Shown one piece after another: positions 10,010 to 20,883 of a stretch of 64,000 bases of DNA. Each line of letters starts with the position of its first letter. Positions within the stretch are counted from its first letter, which is position 1. A model generated the notes under the pieces. The model worked only from the letters and a program-made list of their open reading frames with translations, ran no database searches and was not told where the DNA came from. The DNA is from Candidatus Poriferihabitaceae bacterium (lineage in GTDB: Bacteria; Pseudomonadota; Gammaproteobacteria; Arenicellales; Poriferihabitantaceae), in assembly GCA_965203365.1 (NCBI GenBank), contig OZ241878.1:2502174-2566173 (forward strand). Direction: 5' to 3'. The translations under genes were made by a program, and so were the position numbers.

Positions 10010-10606
10010 CTATCGGGCCTTTCCCGTCGCCGGACGCGTCCGTCCGTTCAGGTGGCCATACTGGCTCCAGCGACGGGTCAGATTCCAGATGGCCCGCATC
10101 GGGATCCCCGTTTCGCGATGCAGGGTCAGATAGTCGTCGGGGGAGCAGCCGGGATCCGGTTGGTCCATGCCCATCGCTTTCCAGGCATGCCAGAGGCGAT
10201 GGCTGGTGGCTTCATCGACTTCCGGGGGTCGTCCGACCGTGGGTTTAACCAGCAAGGTGCGCCGCAGGCGGCTGTAGTCCCGGGAGCCCAGGCCGAAGAG
10301 ATCCTGCAGCATGGCATGGGGGGCATCGGCCACAATGAGATCATGCAAGGTGGTCTCCGATTGTCGCTGCGCCCGCAGATGCTCGATCATGGACCAATAC
10401 ACGGCCCGGTTGAGTTCAATGTTCAGGCAATGCGAACGCAGCCGGCCGATCCGGTGCAGGTCGGTGACATTCATATCCCGCAATGCGTCGATTTCCCGGG
10501 GGCCGAAGGCCATGCAGCGAAGCGCCGAATGGTCGCCTTCGACGAAGCAACGCATGGCATAGATCAGTAGGGCGATGACCAGATCGGATTCTTTGGTTTG
10601 TTCCAT
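10010..10606 (-). CDS. DUF2857-like ICE protein
   Basis: Internal start MEQTKESDLVIALLIYAMRCF. Lies immediately downstream of parB, as in PFGI-1-type ICEs. The upstream part of the 309-aa ORF is GC-artefact-like. Confidence 0.7.
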   Translation of the reverse strand: MEQTKESDLVIALLIYAMRCFVEGDHSALRCMAFGPREIDALRDMNVTDLHRIGRLRSHCLNIELNRAVYWSMIEHLRAQRQSETTLHDLIVADAPHAMLQDLFGLGSRDYSRLRRTLLVKPTVGRPPEVDEATSHRLWHAWKAMGMDQPDPGCSPDDYLTLHRETGIPMRAIWNLTRRWSQYGHLNGRTRPATGKAR

Positions 10607-10635
10607 CGTCAGAAAATACCTCCAGTGCGTGTTGA

Positions 10636-12270
10636 TCAAGAGATGGATGAGGGTTCCGTCCAGAGGGATACGCCGTCCGCCTCGGTCCGCTTGGCCACCT
10701 GATGAATGAGACGGTAGGTGTCCATCAGCCCCCGCAGGTCCTGCCAATCCTGTTCTTCCAGGTGACGCCAGAGGAGGAATCCCATCTGATGGCAGTCCGG
10801 GTGAGGAAAACAGTCGGGGGTGGGGGTGGACGGGTCGGCCGCGAGCGCACGGCGCAGGCGGGAGGTTTCCGGGATCCGGGCCTTCAGGAACGCCGCCGGA
10901 GCCTGGGTCAAATCGCAGCACGCCGCCAGTTGGCTCCACAAGAGAGGTCGCCGAGGGTCGGGGTTCGGACGGGGGTCGCTGGATGGAACCGATTCGGGCA
11001 CGTCCCGCAACAAAAACCCCAATCCCGCTTCGGGGACCCGAATGACCAGTTCGCCCATCGCATGACGCTGCGCCAGCCCCAAGGCGAGGGCTGCCGCCTG
11101 TCGGCGCAGGGACGGTAGGTCACGGCAGACACCGGGGGGGCCGCTGCCGGCCGACCCCGTCGGCGCAGAACCCTCCCGACCGGACCGCTCGGGCGATCCG
11201 TGATGGGGCGGGATGCGGGGGCCGGAGGCGTCATCGCGTGGTGGATCCACCGCCCGGGGTTTCGACCCCGGAGTGGGGGCTGGGGGGATGGCCGGAGGTG
11301 AGGTGGAGGGGATCTGTGATTCCGGCCCCTCGGTGGTCGCCAACGTCGCATCCCCTGGGGAGGGTCCTTCTTCCGGCGGGGTCGGTTCCAAGGGCAGCGG
11401 GATCCATTCGCGGCCGGCCAGCTGCACGTCGAGCATCGTCCGGGCGGTCTGGATGCCGACTTCCAGGGTGACGGCGATTTCGGAGGCCAGGGCACCATGC
11501 AGCAAGTCGGTCTCCCAGTCGGGGGCGTCATACCGGCGGCAGAGGGCTTCAAACACCTCGGTGAATTCCTCGTTCGAGCCCACGGCACCCTGCTGCCAGA
11601 CGGCTTTCGCCGCCCGTTCCAAGGCCCGGATTCGCTCGACCTGGGGGCGACCGAGTCCCTGTTCCAGCGCGAACGGGATGAGGGGCAGCAGTCGGTTGAC
11701 CGCATAGATCATCTGGGAGATCCGGGCCTGGGTCATGCCATATCCGGCCTGACGCAGGGCGGCTTCCAGCTGGCGTTGCGACAGGTCCTCATCGCGTTGG
11801 GCCGCCAACAAGCGCTTGACCGCACAGACCGCCCGGGCCTTGTCGATAAAGGTGAGGTGGCCGCGAAGATCATTTTCCCGCAAGTGGGCCAACAGGACAT
11901 CGGTCTCGCCGTTCCAGGGGATCACGCGACAGGGGATGTCGGCAAATCGTCGTTCGCCGGTCTCATGCCACAGCGCCTTGAGGATCGACAGTCGGGTGTT
12001 GCCGCCGGAATGGACAATGTAATCGCCGGCCCCGGGACGCTGGGTAATGACCAGGGGTTGGTCCAGTCCCGCTTGCCGGATCGAATCCTTGATGCGGTCA
12101 TATTCGGGGTGATCCCCGTGCCTAGGATTGTGCTCATACGGCCGGATGCGGCCGACATCAATGAGGCATAAAGGAAAGGATGCCGGCGATTGGGGGTCAG
12201 GGGACTGTGCCGTGTCCACGGAGGCGTTGTCGGCGGAAGTCGGGATGCGTGTCATGACGGAGTACTCCAA
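10636..12270 (-). CDS. parB: ParB-family protein, ICE PFGI-1 class
   Basis: 544 aa. ParB box IRPYEHNPRH and HSGGNTRLSIL, followed by a long Pro-rich linker and a C-terminal domain. Confidence 0.85.
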   Translation of the reverse strand: MEYSVMTRIPTSADNASVDTAQSPDPQSPASFPLCLIDVGRIRPYEHNPRHGDHPEYDRIKDSIRQAGLDQPLVITQRPGAGDYIVHSGGNTRLSILKALWHETGERRFADIPCRVIPWNGETDVLLAHLRENDLRGHLTFIDKARAVCAVKRLLAAQRDEDLSQRQLEAALRQAGYGMTQARISQMIYAVNRLLPLIPFALEQGLGRPQVERIRALERAAKAVWQQGAVGSNEEFTEVFEALCRRYDAPDWETDLLHGALASEIAVTLEVGIQTARTMLDVQLAGREWIPLPLEPTPPEEGPSPGDATLATTEGPESQIPSTSPPAIPPAPTPGSKPRAVDPPRDDASGPRIPPHHGSPERSGREGSAPTGSAGSGPPGVCRDLPSLRRQAAALALGLAQRHAMGELVIRVPEAGLGFLLRDVPESVPSSDPRPNPDPRRPLLWSQLAACCDLTQAPAAFLKARIPETSRLRRALAADPSTPTPDCFPHPDCHQMGFLLWRHLEEQDWQDLRGLMDTYRLIHQVAKRTEADGVSLWTEPSSIS

Positions 12271-12384
12271 AGGACCAGGTCAAGGGAATGGCCACACCCG
12301 CAACGGGTGTCGTGTGGCTTCATCAGATTATAATTTAGCATTATGCTTATTATTTTATCAACTATTTGGAAAAATCCCCCTCCA

Positions 12385-12413
12385 TTGCTAAATGATTTCC
12401 CCTGTGATAGCAT
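12385..12413 (+). promoter_or_regulatory. Putative promoter of the S24 repressor (leaderless-type)
   Basis: TTGCTA (12385-12390), a 17-nt spacer, then TAGCAT (12408-12413). The ATG at 12420 is only 6 nt past the -10. Lies in the AT-rich 149-bp divergent intergenic region 12271-12419. Confidence 0.4.
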
Positions 12414-12419
12414 CGGTGC

Positions 12420-13130
12420 ATGAGTCGACAGATTGAACAGACCCGACGATACAACCTGGAACTTCTGATTGCCGAAGCGGACTCGGCGGTCCGACTGGCC
12501 CGTCGCGCTGGGACGCACAGTGCCTATTTGAGTCAGGTCCGCCATGGCACTCCGTCTCCCCATGGCAAGCCGCGGGCCATCGGCGATCAGTTGGCGGGCA
12601 AGCTGGAACAGGGAATGGACAAGCCGGAGGGCTGGCTGGACGAGCCCCATCCCGCCGAATGGGCGCAGATCGGGATGTCGGGACCGGTCCTGGCGGTGCC
12701 CCCTCGCGGCCGGATCCGAGGACCCCGGCCGTCTTCTTCCAGACCGTGTCCCGTGATCTCCTGGGTTCAGGCGGGAGGATGGACCGAAGTCATCGAGTCC
12801 CCCGCCGCCGGGGGAGATTCAGCCGGGATTCCGTGTCCGGTCCGCTGCAGCGAGGAAACCTATGTCTTGCGGGTCCGGGGGGTCAGCATGGAACCGGATT
12901 TTCGCGATGGCGACCTGATCTTCGTCGACCCCCGGGTCGAGCCCGTCCACGGTCAGTTCGTGGTGGTGATGCTGGAGGATTCACCGGAAGCCACCTTCAA
13001 GCAGCTCATCATCGAGGGCGGACGACAATACCTGAAGGCCCTGAATCCCGAGTGGCCGACGCCGATCATCGAAGTGAAACGACCAGCCCGGTTCTGTGGC
13101 GTGGTCATCTTCAAAGGAGCGGTGGTGTGA
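12420..13130 (+). CDS. CI/LexA-like repressor, S24 peptidase family
   Basis: N-terminal HTH region plus a C-terminal S24 fold with catalytic Ser in GVSMEPDF and Lys in ATFKQL. Confidence 0.85.
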   Translation: MSRQIEQTRRYNLELLIAEADSAVRLARRAGTHSAYLSQVRHGTPSPHGKPRAIGDQLAGKLEQGMDKPEGWLDEPHPAEWAQIGMSGPVLAVPPRGRIRGPRPSSSRPCPVISWVQAGGWTEVIESPAAGGDSAGIPCPVRCSEETYVLRVRGVSMEPDFRDGDLIFVDPRVEPVHGQFVVVMLEDSPEATFKQLIIEGGRQYLKALNPEWPTPIIEVKRPARFCGVVIFKGAVV

Positions 13131-14393
13131 GCAGGGACCCGGTCGGGCTGAGGAGCAAGACGATCCATCAGCCTGAAGCCAACAGGACCCATCGAGGGCT
13201 CGGGAAAGAACCTTGACCTCGGTCCGGCCGAACGTCCGCCGATCACGGACCGGATAGCCTGACCGCCGGAAAACGAAGTGGCGTCCGGCCGTCGGGACCA
13301 CCCGGTACCGTACCCCACTGGGAATCCGCCGCCAGGGTGGAGGGGGCAAGGCGTCCTGATCAGTCCAAGGCGGCGGGGAATTGGGCTCCCGGTGAAGGGG
13401 GCCTCATGACGCCGGGACGGTGTTGGCATGGGCGGTGGGGCGGCTGGATGCCCAAGGGCCACTGAAGGGCGGACCCGTGTTCTCCCTGCGGTGACTGGAT
13501 GGCTTGCTCGTGGGCAACCCCTGTTATGTCCGCCAAGAGGCCCCGGCGGGTCATCGGTCGGCAGCCATCGGCGGTCGGTCGACGCCAGGACTGTTCGTCT
13601 GGGGGATCAAAGGGCTCTTCTCCGGGACATTTTCCCCAGTCACTTCGTCATCTCCTCATGGGAGCGGAGCGGGGCCGGATGACCCATGGTCGGGGGACTG
13701 CTTGATCACGAGGAGGCGTCCCGGTCCCATCGGCGCCTTTCCCTGCACCCACTCAAAGGGGACATTCGGCGGCCCGAGCCGAACCGAAGCCGCCACCCTC
13801 CCGCTCGGATGGGCGAGCTCTCCCATCCAACAGTGAGTCAATCGCGGTCCCGACGGGTTGCCGTGAACCTGCCCGGGCCCTATCCACTCATCATCCCCAA
13901 CCCGGGGATTGTCTTCACGGAAATGAGCCTCGTTTTGTCCGTTGTTGGCTTCATTCTCGTTCTCCGTCGGCATGGCCTCATCGCCACTCACGGATCCCTT
14001 CAGCCGTGGCCGTCCCTGCCAGCGTGTCTGCGCCCCGGACATCGGCTGACGTTGGGAGGGATAAAATCCCGCCCGCCCTGCAGTCAGGATCACCCCCAGG
14101 TCCGGCGGTTCACATCGGGTCCGGGGGATCGCGCGAGCTGGCCCGATGCCGTGGTCGGTCTGCTCATGGCGAAGCGGAATGGGACCTTTCAGGAAGGATG
14201 AAATAACCCCTGCCGAATGAGGAACGACTCATTCCCCGGCAGGGCAGACCCGGGGTGATCCGGCGGCAGGCCACCTAGTGATTGACGGCGAGGCGTTTGT
14301 CGGCCACGATTCTCTGGGCCCCGACTGTCGTCAGGCCACTGAACGCGGCGAGACCAGGGTCCCATGGAAGCCGTCGAGTCAGCCCCCCTTCCT

Positions 14394-15968
14394 TCAGGCC
14401 CGCTCCGCCCGCAGGGCGGCCAGATTGCGCTGCTCCTGATCAAACACCAGGGCCAGCCGATGGACCTCCTTCCCCGGTGTTCGGTACTTGTCCGCATACC
14501 CCTTCTCCCGCATCTGCGCCATCGCGTCGTCCAGTTTCCTGTCGACTTCCGCCTCGCCCTGCGCCACCTTGCATTCGAACACGAACACCTGCGCCCGATG
14601 GATCAACACCAGATCCGACCGCCCCTGATAAGTGACCTCCTCTCCCCGGATGTCGAGTCCCTGCGTCAGCCAGGCGGCATACAGCAACCCGACATAAAAT
14701 CCCTCCCACCGGAACAACTCCCCCGGGTCCTGCCAGGTATGCGGAATCCCCGCAAAGAACGCCTGCAGGGCCTGCTCGAAGCCGTCGAAGTCCTGGGCCA
14801 GCAGCCGATCGGTCAGGGTCTGGCGGCGCTTCGAGATCGTCTCCCAATCGCCCAGCACCGCCTCCAGCAGTTCCCGGTTCAGGCTGCGGCGCACCTCTTC
14901 GTTGGGATAGTCCAGGGTGTAGACATACTCTTCGTTGGTGTGCTGTTCCCCGACCATGGTCAGGTAGCCGCACTGGAACAGCAGGGCGTTCACGCTGATA
15001 TTCTCCAGGTTGAATCGGGACAGTTCCCCCCGGGACATGTCCAGCCGACTCAAGGTCTGGGGCAGGATGTCGCCTCGGGCCAGTCGATGATAGAGATAGC
15101 TCGGGGTGCCGGTCTCGTACCAGTAGGGCAGGAACTTCCGGTTCTGAAAGTACAGCAGGATGTCGAATGGGTTGTAGACGGTCTCCTGGCCGAGCCACGA
15201 ATAGCCATTGTACCAGTGGCGAATCTTGTCCCGGTCTTCGGCGGATATGTCCGTCAGTTCCGGCGCGAACACGGTGTCGAGGTCGGCCTCGGTATAGCCG
15301 CAGATGGTGGCATAACGCGGCATCAGGCTGAGGTCGTTGAGGTTGTTCAGGTTCGAAAACAAGCTCACCTTCGAATACATGCTGATGCCGGTGACGAACA
15401 CGAAGCGCAGCCAGCGGGCACAATCCTTGAGCATCCCGTACAGCCCCCGCAGGGTATCGCGGTGGGCCCGCGCCAAGTCGGGGTCTTCCAGCACATCCAG
15501 GATCGGCTTGTCGTATTCGTCCACCAGCACCACCACCTGCTGATCGGTGGCCAGCTGCAGCCGATCGATCAGGCTCCGAAGGCGGGTCGGTCCGGTGTCG
15601 GATTCGGTATCGGGATCCAGCTGATAGCGGCGTTCAATGCTGTGCAACTGGCGGAGAATGTCCTTGTCCAGTTCGTCCGGTCCACGGAATGTTCCCCCGA
15701 AGCTCAGCCGCACCACGGGATGGGTCGTCTGCCAGTCCCATCGGGGGTGGATGTCCAGGCCCCGGAACAGGTCCTCGCTGCCGGCGAACAGCTCGTGCAG
15801 CGTATCGACCAGCAAGGTCTTGCCGAAGCGACGCGGGCGCGACAGGAACCAGTATTCGCCCTCCTCAAGCAACTGATGGAGGTGCGGAGTCTTGTCGACA
15901 TAATAGAACCCCCGGCGGCGAATGTTGCGGAAGGCAGATATGCCGACCGGGAGCGGGTGCTGATTCAT
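14394..15968 (-). CDS. AAA-ATPase-like / PD-(D/E)XK (PDDEXK_9-type) protein
   Basis: N-terminal FYYVDKT...RPRRFGKT hallmark and C-terminal GRSDLVL...FVFECK nuclease-like motif. 524 aa. Confidence 0.85.
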   Translation of the reverse strand: MNQHPLPVGISAFRNIRRRGFYYVDKTPHLHQLLEEGEYWFLSRPRRFGKTLLVDTLHELFAGSEDLFRGLDIHPRWDWQTTHPVVRLSFGGTFRGPDELDKDILRQLHSIERRYQLDPDTESDTGPTRLRSLIDRLQLATDQQVVVLVDEYDKPILDVLEDPDLARAHRDTLRGLYGMLKDCARWLRFVFVTGISMYSKVSLFSNLNNLNDLSLMPRYATICGYTEADLDTVFAPELTDISAEDRDKIRHWYNGYSWLGQETVYNPFDILLYFQNRKFLPYWYETGTPSYLYHRLARGDILPQTLSRLDMSRGELSRFNLENISVNALLFQCGYLTMVGEQHTNEEYVYTLDYPNEEVRRSLNRELLEAVLGDWETISKRRQTLTDRLLAQDFDGFEQALQAFFAGIPHTWQDPGELFRWEGFYVGLLYAAWLTQGLDIRGEEVTYQGRSDLVLIHRAQVFVFECKVAQGEAEVDRKLDDAMAQMREKGYADKYRTPGKEVHRLALVFDQEQRNLAALRAERA

Positions 15969-16314
15969 GGCCCTGGTCAGTCAGTCAATCGGAGCGTTTC
16001 ATCATAACATGCTCCGGGCCATCCGTCCCGGGTCAGGTGGAGGATGTCAGACGCGCTCTGCCCACAAGACCGTTGGGATCAGTATGCCAGCAGCGACCGT
16101 TCCCGGGGGGAGTCGTGACCCATGCAGCCGACACTCGCCATCCCGTCGGGCCGGACGACGGCCGGGCATCCCCCGGTTGTCGGACCCCGGTCCCCGACCT
16201 CATCCAGCCCCCCATCAGGGCCGCGCTGCAAGCGGTCGACCCCCCCAGGTGGACCGGAGTCCTCACCGACTTCCTCGGGATTCCGTGGATGGGCCGACGG
16301 GTCGACGATCTCCG

Positions 16315-17889
16315 CTACCGGGACCGTCCGCCCCGGGTGTTCCGCCAGACGGAGGGACCCAATCGGCCGCCCTGTACGCCGGCATCCCTGGCTGGAGCTG
16401 TCAAGGCCCCGGTGGCCGAATCGATCGCCCGTCCGATTCGAACCCCCGCCCAGGCCATCATGGCACTCCACAGCATCGGCAGGCCGAGATACAGGCTGGT
16501 CGTGATCATGTTCAGCAGCATGCGTTTGGTGTCATGCGTTCCCGGGTTGGCGAATATCTGCAAAAACCACTTCACCTCAGGATACATGGACGTGATCAGA
16601 TTCTGATCCACCCACATCGCCAGATACCACAGCACACTCCAGAACTTGACCGTGAAAATGGCCAGCGCCCCGGTCATCATCATAGACAGGGAATAGCGGG
16701 AAAGGACCAAGACCAGCGGCAACAGGGCGTACATGCCCAACAGCACGAGGGCCTGCACCATGGGCAACGCCTGCAGGAGCGCCGTCATGGTGACGGAAAA
16801 CAGGACCGAAACGGCCACCACCCCCCCGGTCGCCAACCCGCCCTTGGCCAGATTCTCCACCGTGCCCACCAGTCCCGTCGTGCTGCGGTGGTGGATCACG
16901 AGGTCCTGATTGGACCAAGACGGGGGGGCATTGGCCAGGACGGTCTTGGCCACGGCATCGTACTGCTGATCGGTGGCCCATGCCGGGGCCAGCCTCACCA
17001 CGAGACTGGAGAGCCCCGCGGCGGTCGCATCGGCGGCGTCAATCAGCTTGGCCCGCAATCCGCGGGAGCGGTCCTCCCACCACTGTCGACAGACCGGCTT
17101 CCCCCAGGCGGGCGGATCCCCGGGATCATATTCCGTGTCTCTGGCGGGGTGATAGGGCCATCCGATCACGGGCCGGGTGGATCGCAACGTATCGTAATAC
17201 CCGGGGATTCGACGATAGACCTGTGAGCCCATCCAATCGGGGTCATCCGGCCCATGAGTGGACAGCAACGCATTGACCGCCGGGGTGTCGGGTCGTTCCC
17301 GCTGGAATTTGGAACGAGCCGGGATGTAGCAGTCACTGAAAAAATCGCTCGCTTCCCGACGCAGTCTCGGATCGGTGATGGTCGCGAGCCGGGCCTGTTG
17401 CTCGTAAGTGCGCAGGTCGGATACGGAAGGCAGGCCAGCGACCACCCCCTGGTTGAAGCCAGCGGACAGGGACAAGACGGCATACCACCACACCGGGAGG
17501 TTCACCGTGGACGGGGAGCCGGTAAATCCGTGGGTGCCATAGGTGCTGTCCGGGGACCGGACCGTAGCCGGTCGGGGCGTCGGCTCCGACAGGGTGGGCG
17601 GCGGGGTGTATTGCAGTGCGGCCGCATTCAGCGGTGTCAGCGTGGCCGGCTGCGCAGCCAGCACCACCACCAGGAGGGCGAGGAACAGTTCAATCTCCAT
17701 GCGCCGCAACGAGTATCCGGCCGCCGAGTTGGCGTCACCGCCTTCCGCCGAATCCTGCCAATGGTCGATCAGGATCCCCAGAAAGGGCAGAAACACCACG
17801 CCCGTGCTGACGAGTACATTCCACACGATACCGTAGAAGGTCCAGCCAAACAAGGTGGTGAACAGTTCCAGGTAGCTGTCAACGGCCAT
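16315..17889 (-). CDS. traG: Conjugal transfer protein TraG (N-terminal-domain family, polytopic membrane)
   Basis: MAVDSYLELFTTLFGWTFYGIVWNVLVSTGVVFLPFLGILIDHW plus several further TM helices. Confidence 0.85.
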   Translation of the reverse strand: MAVDSYLELFTTLFGWTFYGIVWNVLVSTGVVFLPFLGILIDHWQDSAEGGDANSAAGYSLRRMEIELFLALLVVVLAAQPATLTPLNAAALQYTPPPTLSEPTPRPATVRSPDSTYGTHGFTGSPSTVNLPVWWYAVLSLSAGFNQGVVAGLPSVSDLRTYEQQARLATITDPRLRREASDFFSDCYIPARSKFQRERPDTPAVNALLSTHGPDDPDWMGSQVYRRIPGYYDTLRSTRPVIGWPYHPARDTEYDPGDPPAWGKPVCRQWWEDRSRGLRAKLIDAADATAAGLSSLVVRLAPAWATDQQYDAVAKTVLANAPPSWSNQDLVIHHRSTTGLVGTVENLAKGGLATGGVVAVSVLFSVTMTALLQALPMVQALVLLGMYALLPLVLVLSRYSLSMMMTGALAIFTVKFWSVLWYLAMWVDQNLITSMYPEVKWFLQIFANPGTHDTKRMLLNMITTSLYLGLPMLWSAMMAWAGVRIGRAIDSATGALTAPARDAGVQGGRLGPSVWRNTRGGRSR

Positions 17890-17977
17890 GATCTGTCCCG
17901 GCTGTCAAGGGGTGACCGGGCTCGGTCCGACGGGGATGACCGGAGGGGACGACATCAGATGGTCTGCCAAGCCCCAT

Positions 17978-18322
17978 TCAGCCGCTCACCAGGGAAGCGA
18001 TCCATCGGGCGAGCATGGCCTGACCCACGATCAGCTCGATGGTGCCCAGCCAAAGAACGAGGCGCCAGCCAAGCGCCTGTCGGCCCGGCCCCGTCGGCAC
18101 CAAGCCGGAAGGAGGGGGGCGGTAAGCCTGACCCAGGATCATCAGAGCCGTCAAACCGAGCAGCCCCCAGCGGGCGGCGGTCCAGACCGGCATCCAAGGG
18201 CCGACCCGGGTTTCCACTTCCCCAAGCGTGGAAATCCGGGCCTCGGACCAGAGCCAACTGCCCATCCCCCCGGTCAGGACCAAGGCCAGCAGCAGGGTCA
18301 GACCGACTGTGCGTCTTTTCAT
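17978..18322 (-). CDS. Small membrane protein (ICE mating-pair block)
   Basis: 114 aa with 3-4 hydrophobic segments, between the PFL_4711-like gene and traG. Confidence 0.45.
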   Translation of the reverse strand: MKRRTVGLTLLLALVLTGGMGSWLWSEARISTLGEVETRVGPWMPVWTAARWGLLGLTALMILGQAYRPPPSGLVPTGPGRQALGWRLVLWLGTIELIVGQAMLARWIASLVSG

Positions 18323-18332
18323 GCCCAGACCC

Positions 18333-19700
18333 TCAGGGGATACGGCCGCCCCGGACGGGCCGAGGGTCGATGACCGGCACCGGCGGGATCTGGAGTGATG
18401 CCCGGCGGCGGGCGGCCGCCTGCGCGATCAGCGTGACTGCCGTATCGGAAACCACTTCCCGACGCACCCGGGTTTCGAACAGCAGGTTGTCGATCTCCCG
18501 GTCCAGTTCGGCGATGGCCGCATCCGCATGCTCCCGCACCACCTCGGTGGCATAGACTTCCGGGACCTGTCGGCCTGACAGCAGGAGCCGGCGAACGAAG
18601 AGCGCCTTTTCAATGGTGCGAGCCGTGGCAATCTCCGAGACCAGACGCCCGATGATCAGCCCCTGTTCCTTCGCCGGCATCTCGCGGATGGCGTCAATCA
18701 CCTGTCGGGTGATAGCGATGCCTGGTGCGGCCACCTGCTGCAGGTGAGTCAGGGTGGGCGGGACGGTCTGGTTCACCAGACGCTGCAGTTCCTGGGCCAC
18801 CACGGTCGATTCCTGGTGCAACCCGGGCAGCAGTCCAGTCCCGGGAATACTGTCCTTGCGACAGGTATCGCAGGTGGTCACGATGTTCTCGCCGACGACT
18901 TCGACGGCCCATTGACGGGCCTGGTCGGGAGAGGACCAGAGTTCGGCCAGTCGGCTGGTGGCGGAAGTCGGGACCGAGCTGGTGTCGGTGAGGGGCCGAT
19001 TCAGCTGAATGTTGTAACCCGCGGCCACCAGATCGCCCGTGAATCGCAGGACCGGCTGGCCCTCCCCCCCGGCCGACCCCCCAATCCAGGGGATGCCATG
19101 GCGGCCGCTGGCGGTCTCGACGGCCTTTTTCGCCGTCACGACATCATTGCCGCCGATGCCCATTTGGACTTTCCAGTCGGTGCCCTTGGACAGGGTGATG
19201 AGGTCGGCATAGGGGTTCTTGCCTTGTGCCAGTTCCGCTTCCATCTGTTCACAGGATTTGGTCGCCAGTTGCAGTGTGTCCTCAGCCTGAATCAAGGCAT
19301 TCTGAAACAGGTCGTACAGGCCGGGATTCGCCCGTTGCAGGATCAGGGCAGGCAATGAGGCAATGGCCCCGGTCGCCGCCGCCGTCATGGCATTCATCAT
19401 GTTGTCGAGACCGGCCCCGATCTCGTTCAAGGTGTGGGTGACCGCCGCCACCGGATCAAACCGGCCGCAACTGTAGCCGAGACTCAAGGCTGCGGATCCC
19501 CGCAGAGGGATACTGATCACCGAGGCGTTCGCGGGCAGGGATACCGGGTCGGCGCCGCCGATCTGGTAATACCAAACACTGTCTTGCGTCGGCCCTTTCG
19601 GGAAGGTCCGGGCCTGGGCGATATCTGGCCCGCCCAGTACCCACCCGATGAGCGACAGTACGGGAAGAACCGGGAAAATACATCGTGGGATGGAGTGCAT
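18333..19700 (-). CDS. ICE protein, PFL_4711-like (secreted)
   Basis: Start chosen at MHSIPRCIFPVLPVLSLIGWVLGGPDIAQA (signal peptide). The longer ORF to 20063 overlaps the upstream gene. Confidence 0.75.
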   Translation of the reverse strand: MHSIPRCIFPVLPVLSLIGWVLGGPDIAQARTFPKGPTQDSVWYYQIGGADPVSLPANASVISIPLRGSAALSLGYSCGRFDPVAAVTHTLNEIGAGLDNMMNAMTAAATGAIASLPALILQRANPGLYDLFQNALIQAEDTLQLATKSCEQMEAELAQGKNPYADLITLSKGTDWKVQMGIGGNDVVTAKKAVETASGRHGIPWIGGSAGGEGQPVLRFTGDLVAAGYNIQLNRPLTDTSSVPTSATSRLAELWSSPDQARQWAVEVVGENIVTTCDTCRKDSIPGTGLLPGLHQESTVVAQELQRLVNQTVPPTLTHLQQVAAPGIAITRQVIDAIREMPAKEQGLIIGRLVSEIATARTIEKALFVRRLLLSGRQVPEVYATEVVREHADAAIAELDREIDNLLFETRVRREVVSDTAVTLIAQAAARRRASLQIPPVPVIDPRPVRGGRIP

Positions 19701-19842
19701 GGTTTTGTGATGGGGCAAGTCAAACGAGTGAAGGGTCGAGGCTGCAGAACATCGGGTCAGGAAAGACCGCCTCCCGGCATGCCGGCCCGCCAAGCGGACT
19801 GGTCGCGGGACGGTCGCTGACCTTCCGGCTCGAATCGCCCGC

Positions 19843-20883
19843 TCATGGAGGGTATCCCGACCAGTCGAGGTCATACAGGAACCACTGCCCTCGCCGGGGA
19901 CAACACCGATAGGGGCGCCACAGGTTCCACACGTACTCCCCCTTCGTATCCCGCCGTCCGCTCCCCCAACCGCTGGCCGCCAAGCGGTCATCCGATCCGA
20001 AGACCTCACAGGTGGTTTCCGACCGCGGATGCAAGAGTTGCCAGAGGCCGGTGGAACGATCATTTTCCTTCAGCGGGCCCGGCGGCCAAATCCGACCGGA
20101 ACCGGGCGACCCGGTGATCGGGACATAGACATGAGGCTGTCCGGTTCGGGTCGTGATATCCCCCACTCGTTGCGCGACGAGGGCCGCGGCCTTGGGCTCT
20201 TCCGCCTGGACTGCCCAACCGGTTCGGGGATAAATGCTGCCCCAGGTCTGCAGGAGTCCGGTTCCGAGTTCCCGCATGCCCGGGAGACGACTCGCCGGAT
20301 AGAAGATTTCGGGAACTTCCTGACGCCAGGCCAGGGCATCCAGGCTGGACTGGAAGTAAGGAAACAGGGGTCGGGACTGAGAGGGGCAAATCAGGCCGAG
20401 GGGCGGCAGGTGTCCCGCCAGGGCTTTCAAGGGATGACCGACCACATCGGCTTCCCAAAAGGTCAGGTTCTCATGGTAGCGCCGGGTGGCACTCCCGGTT
20501 CGGTGGCCCGAACCGCCAACCGGGGCGGGGGTCAGTGCGCCCATCAGACCCGACAGGGCGGTTTTCTGGGCCTGTCCCAAGGTAGTTCGAATGTCCGTCC
20601 ACGGGTTGCTGCCCGACTCGTGGTACACGCTAACCACCAAGTCCGGGTGGTAATGGCCGACCTTGAGAGAAGTGCGAACACGACAGCCGGTCAGGCCGCA
20701 ACGCAGCCAAAAGCAGGTCCCGATCGGCTTCCACTGCAGGCACGACCGGGCGGAGGTCGTGGCCGACATGATATGTGGCGTGGTGATGGGGCTGGCCCAG
20801 GACGCTCCCCACCCCCACCCCAAGGCGACGATCACCCACAGAGCCAGTGGGTGTCGATTCACGGCGCGGTCCCGTCTCGCCAT
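19843..20883 (-). CDS. ICE protein, PFL_4710-like
   Basis: 346 aa. Signal-like N-terminus and Cys-rich CLQWKPIGTCFWLRCGLTGC block recalled from this family. Confidence 0.75.
   Translation of the reverse strand: MARRDRAVNRHPLALWVIVALGWGWGASWASPITTPHIMSATTSARSCLQWKPIGTCFWLRCGLTGCRVRTSLKVGHYHPDLVVSVYHESGSNPWTDIRTTLGQAQKTALSGLMGALTPAPVGGSGHRTGSATRRYHENLTFWEADVVGHPLKALAGHLPPLGLICPSQSRPLFPYFQSSLDALAWRQEVPEIFYPASRLPGMRELGTGLLQTWGSIYPRTGWAVQAEEPKAAALVAQRVGDITTRTGQPHVYVPITGSPGSGRIWPPGPLKENDRSTGLWQLLHPRSETTCEVFGSDDRLAASGWGSGRRDTKGEYVWNLWRPYRCCPRRGQWFLYDLDWSGYPP

Noticed and set aside
13131-14393. Possible genes between the S24 repressor and the AAA/PD-(D/E)XK gene (for example 13656-14093 minus, 13686-14201 plus)
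   Set aside because: There is no SD or start context and no recognisable domain, and the competing frames overlap. Left unannotated.
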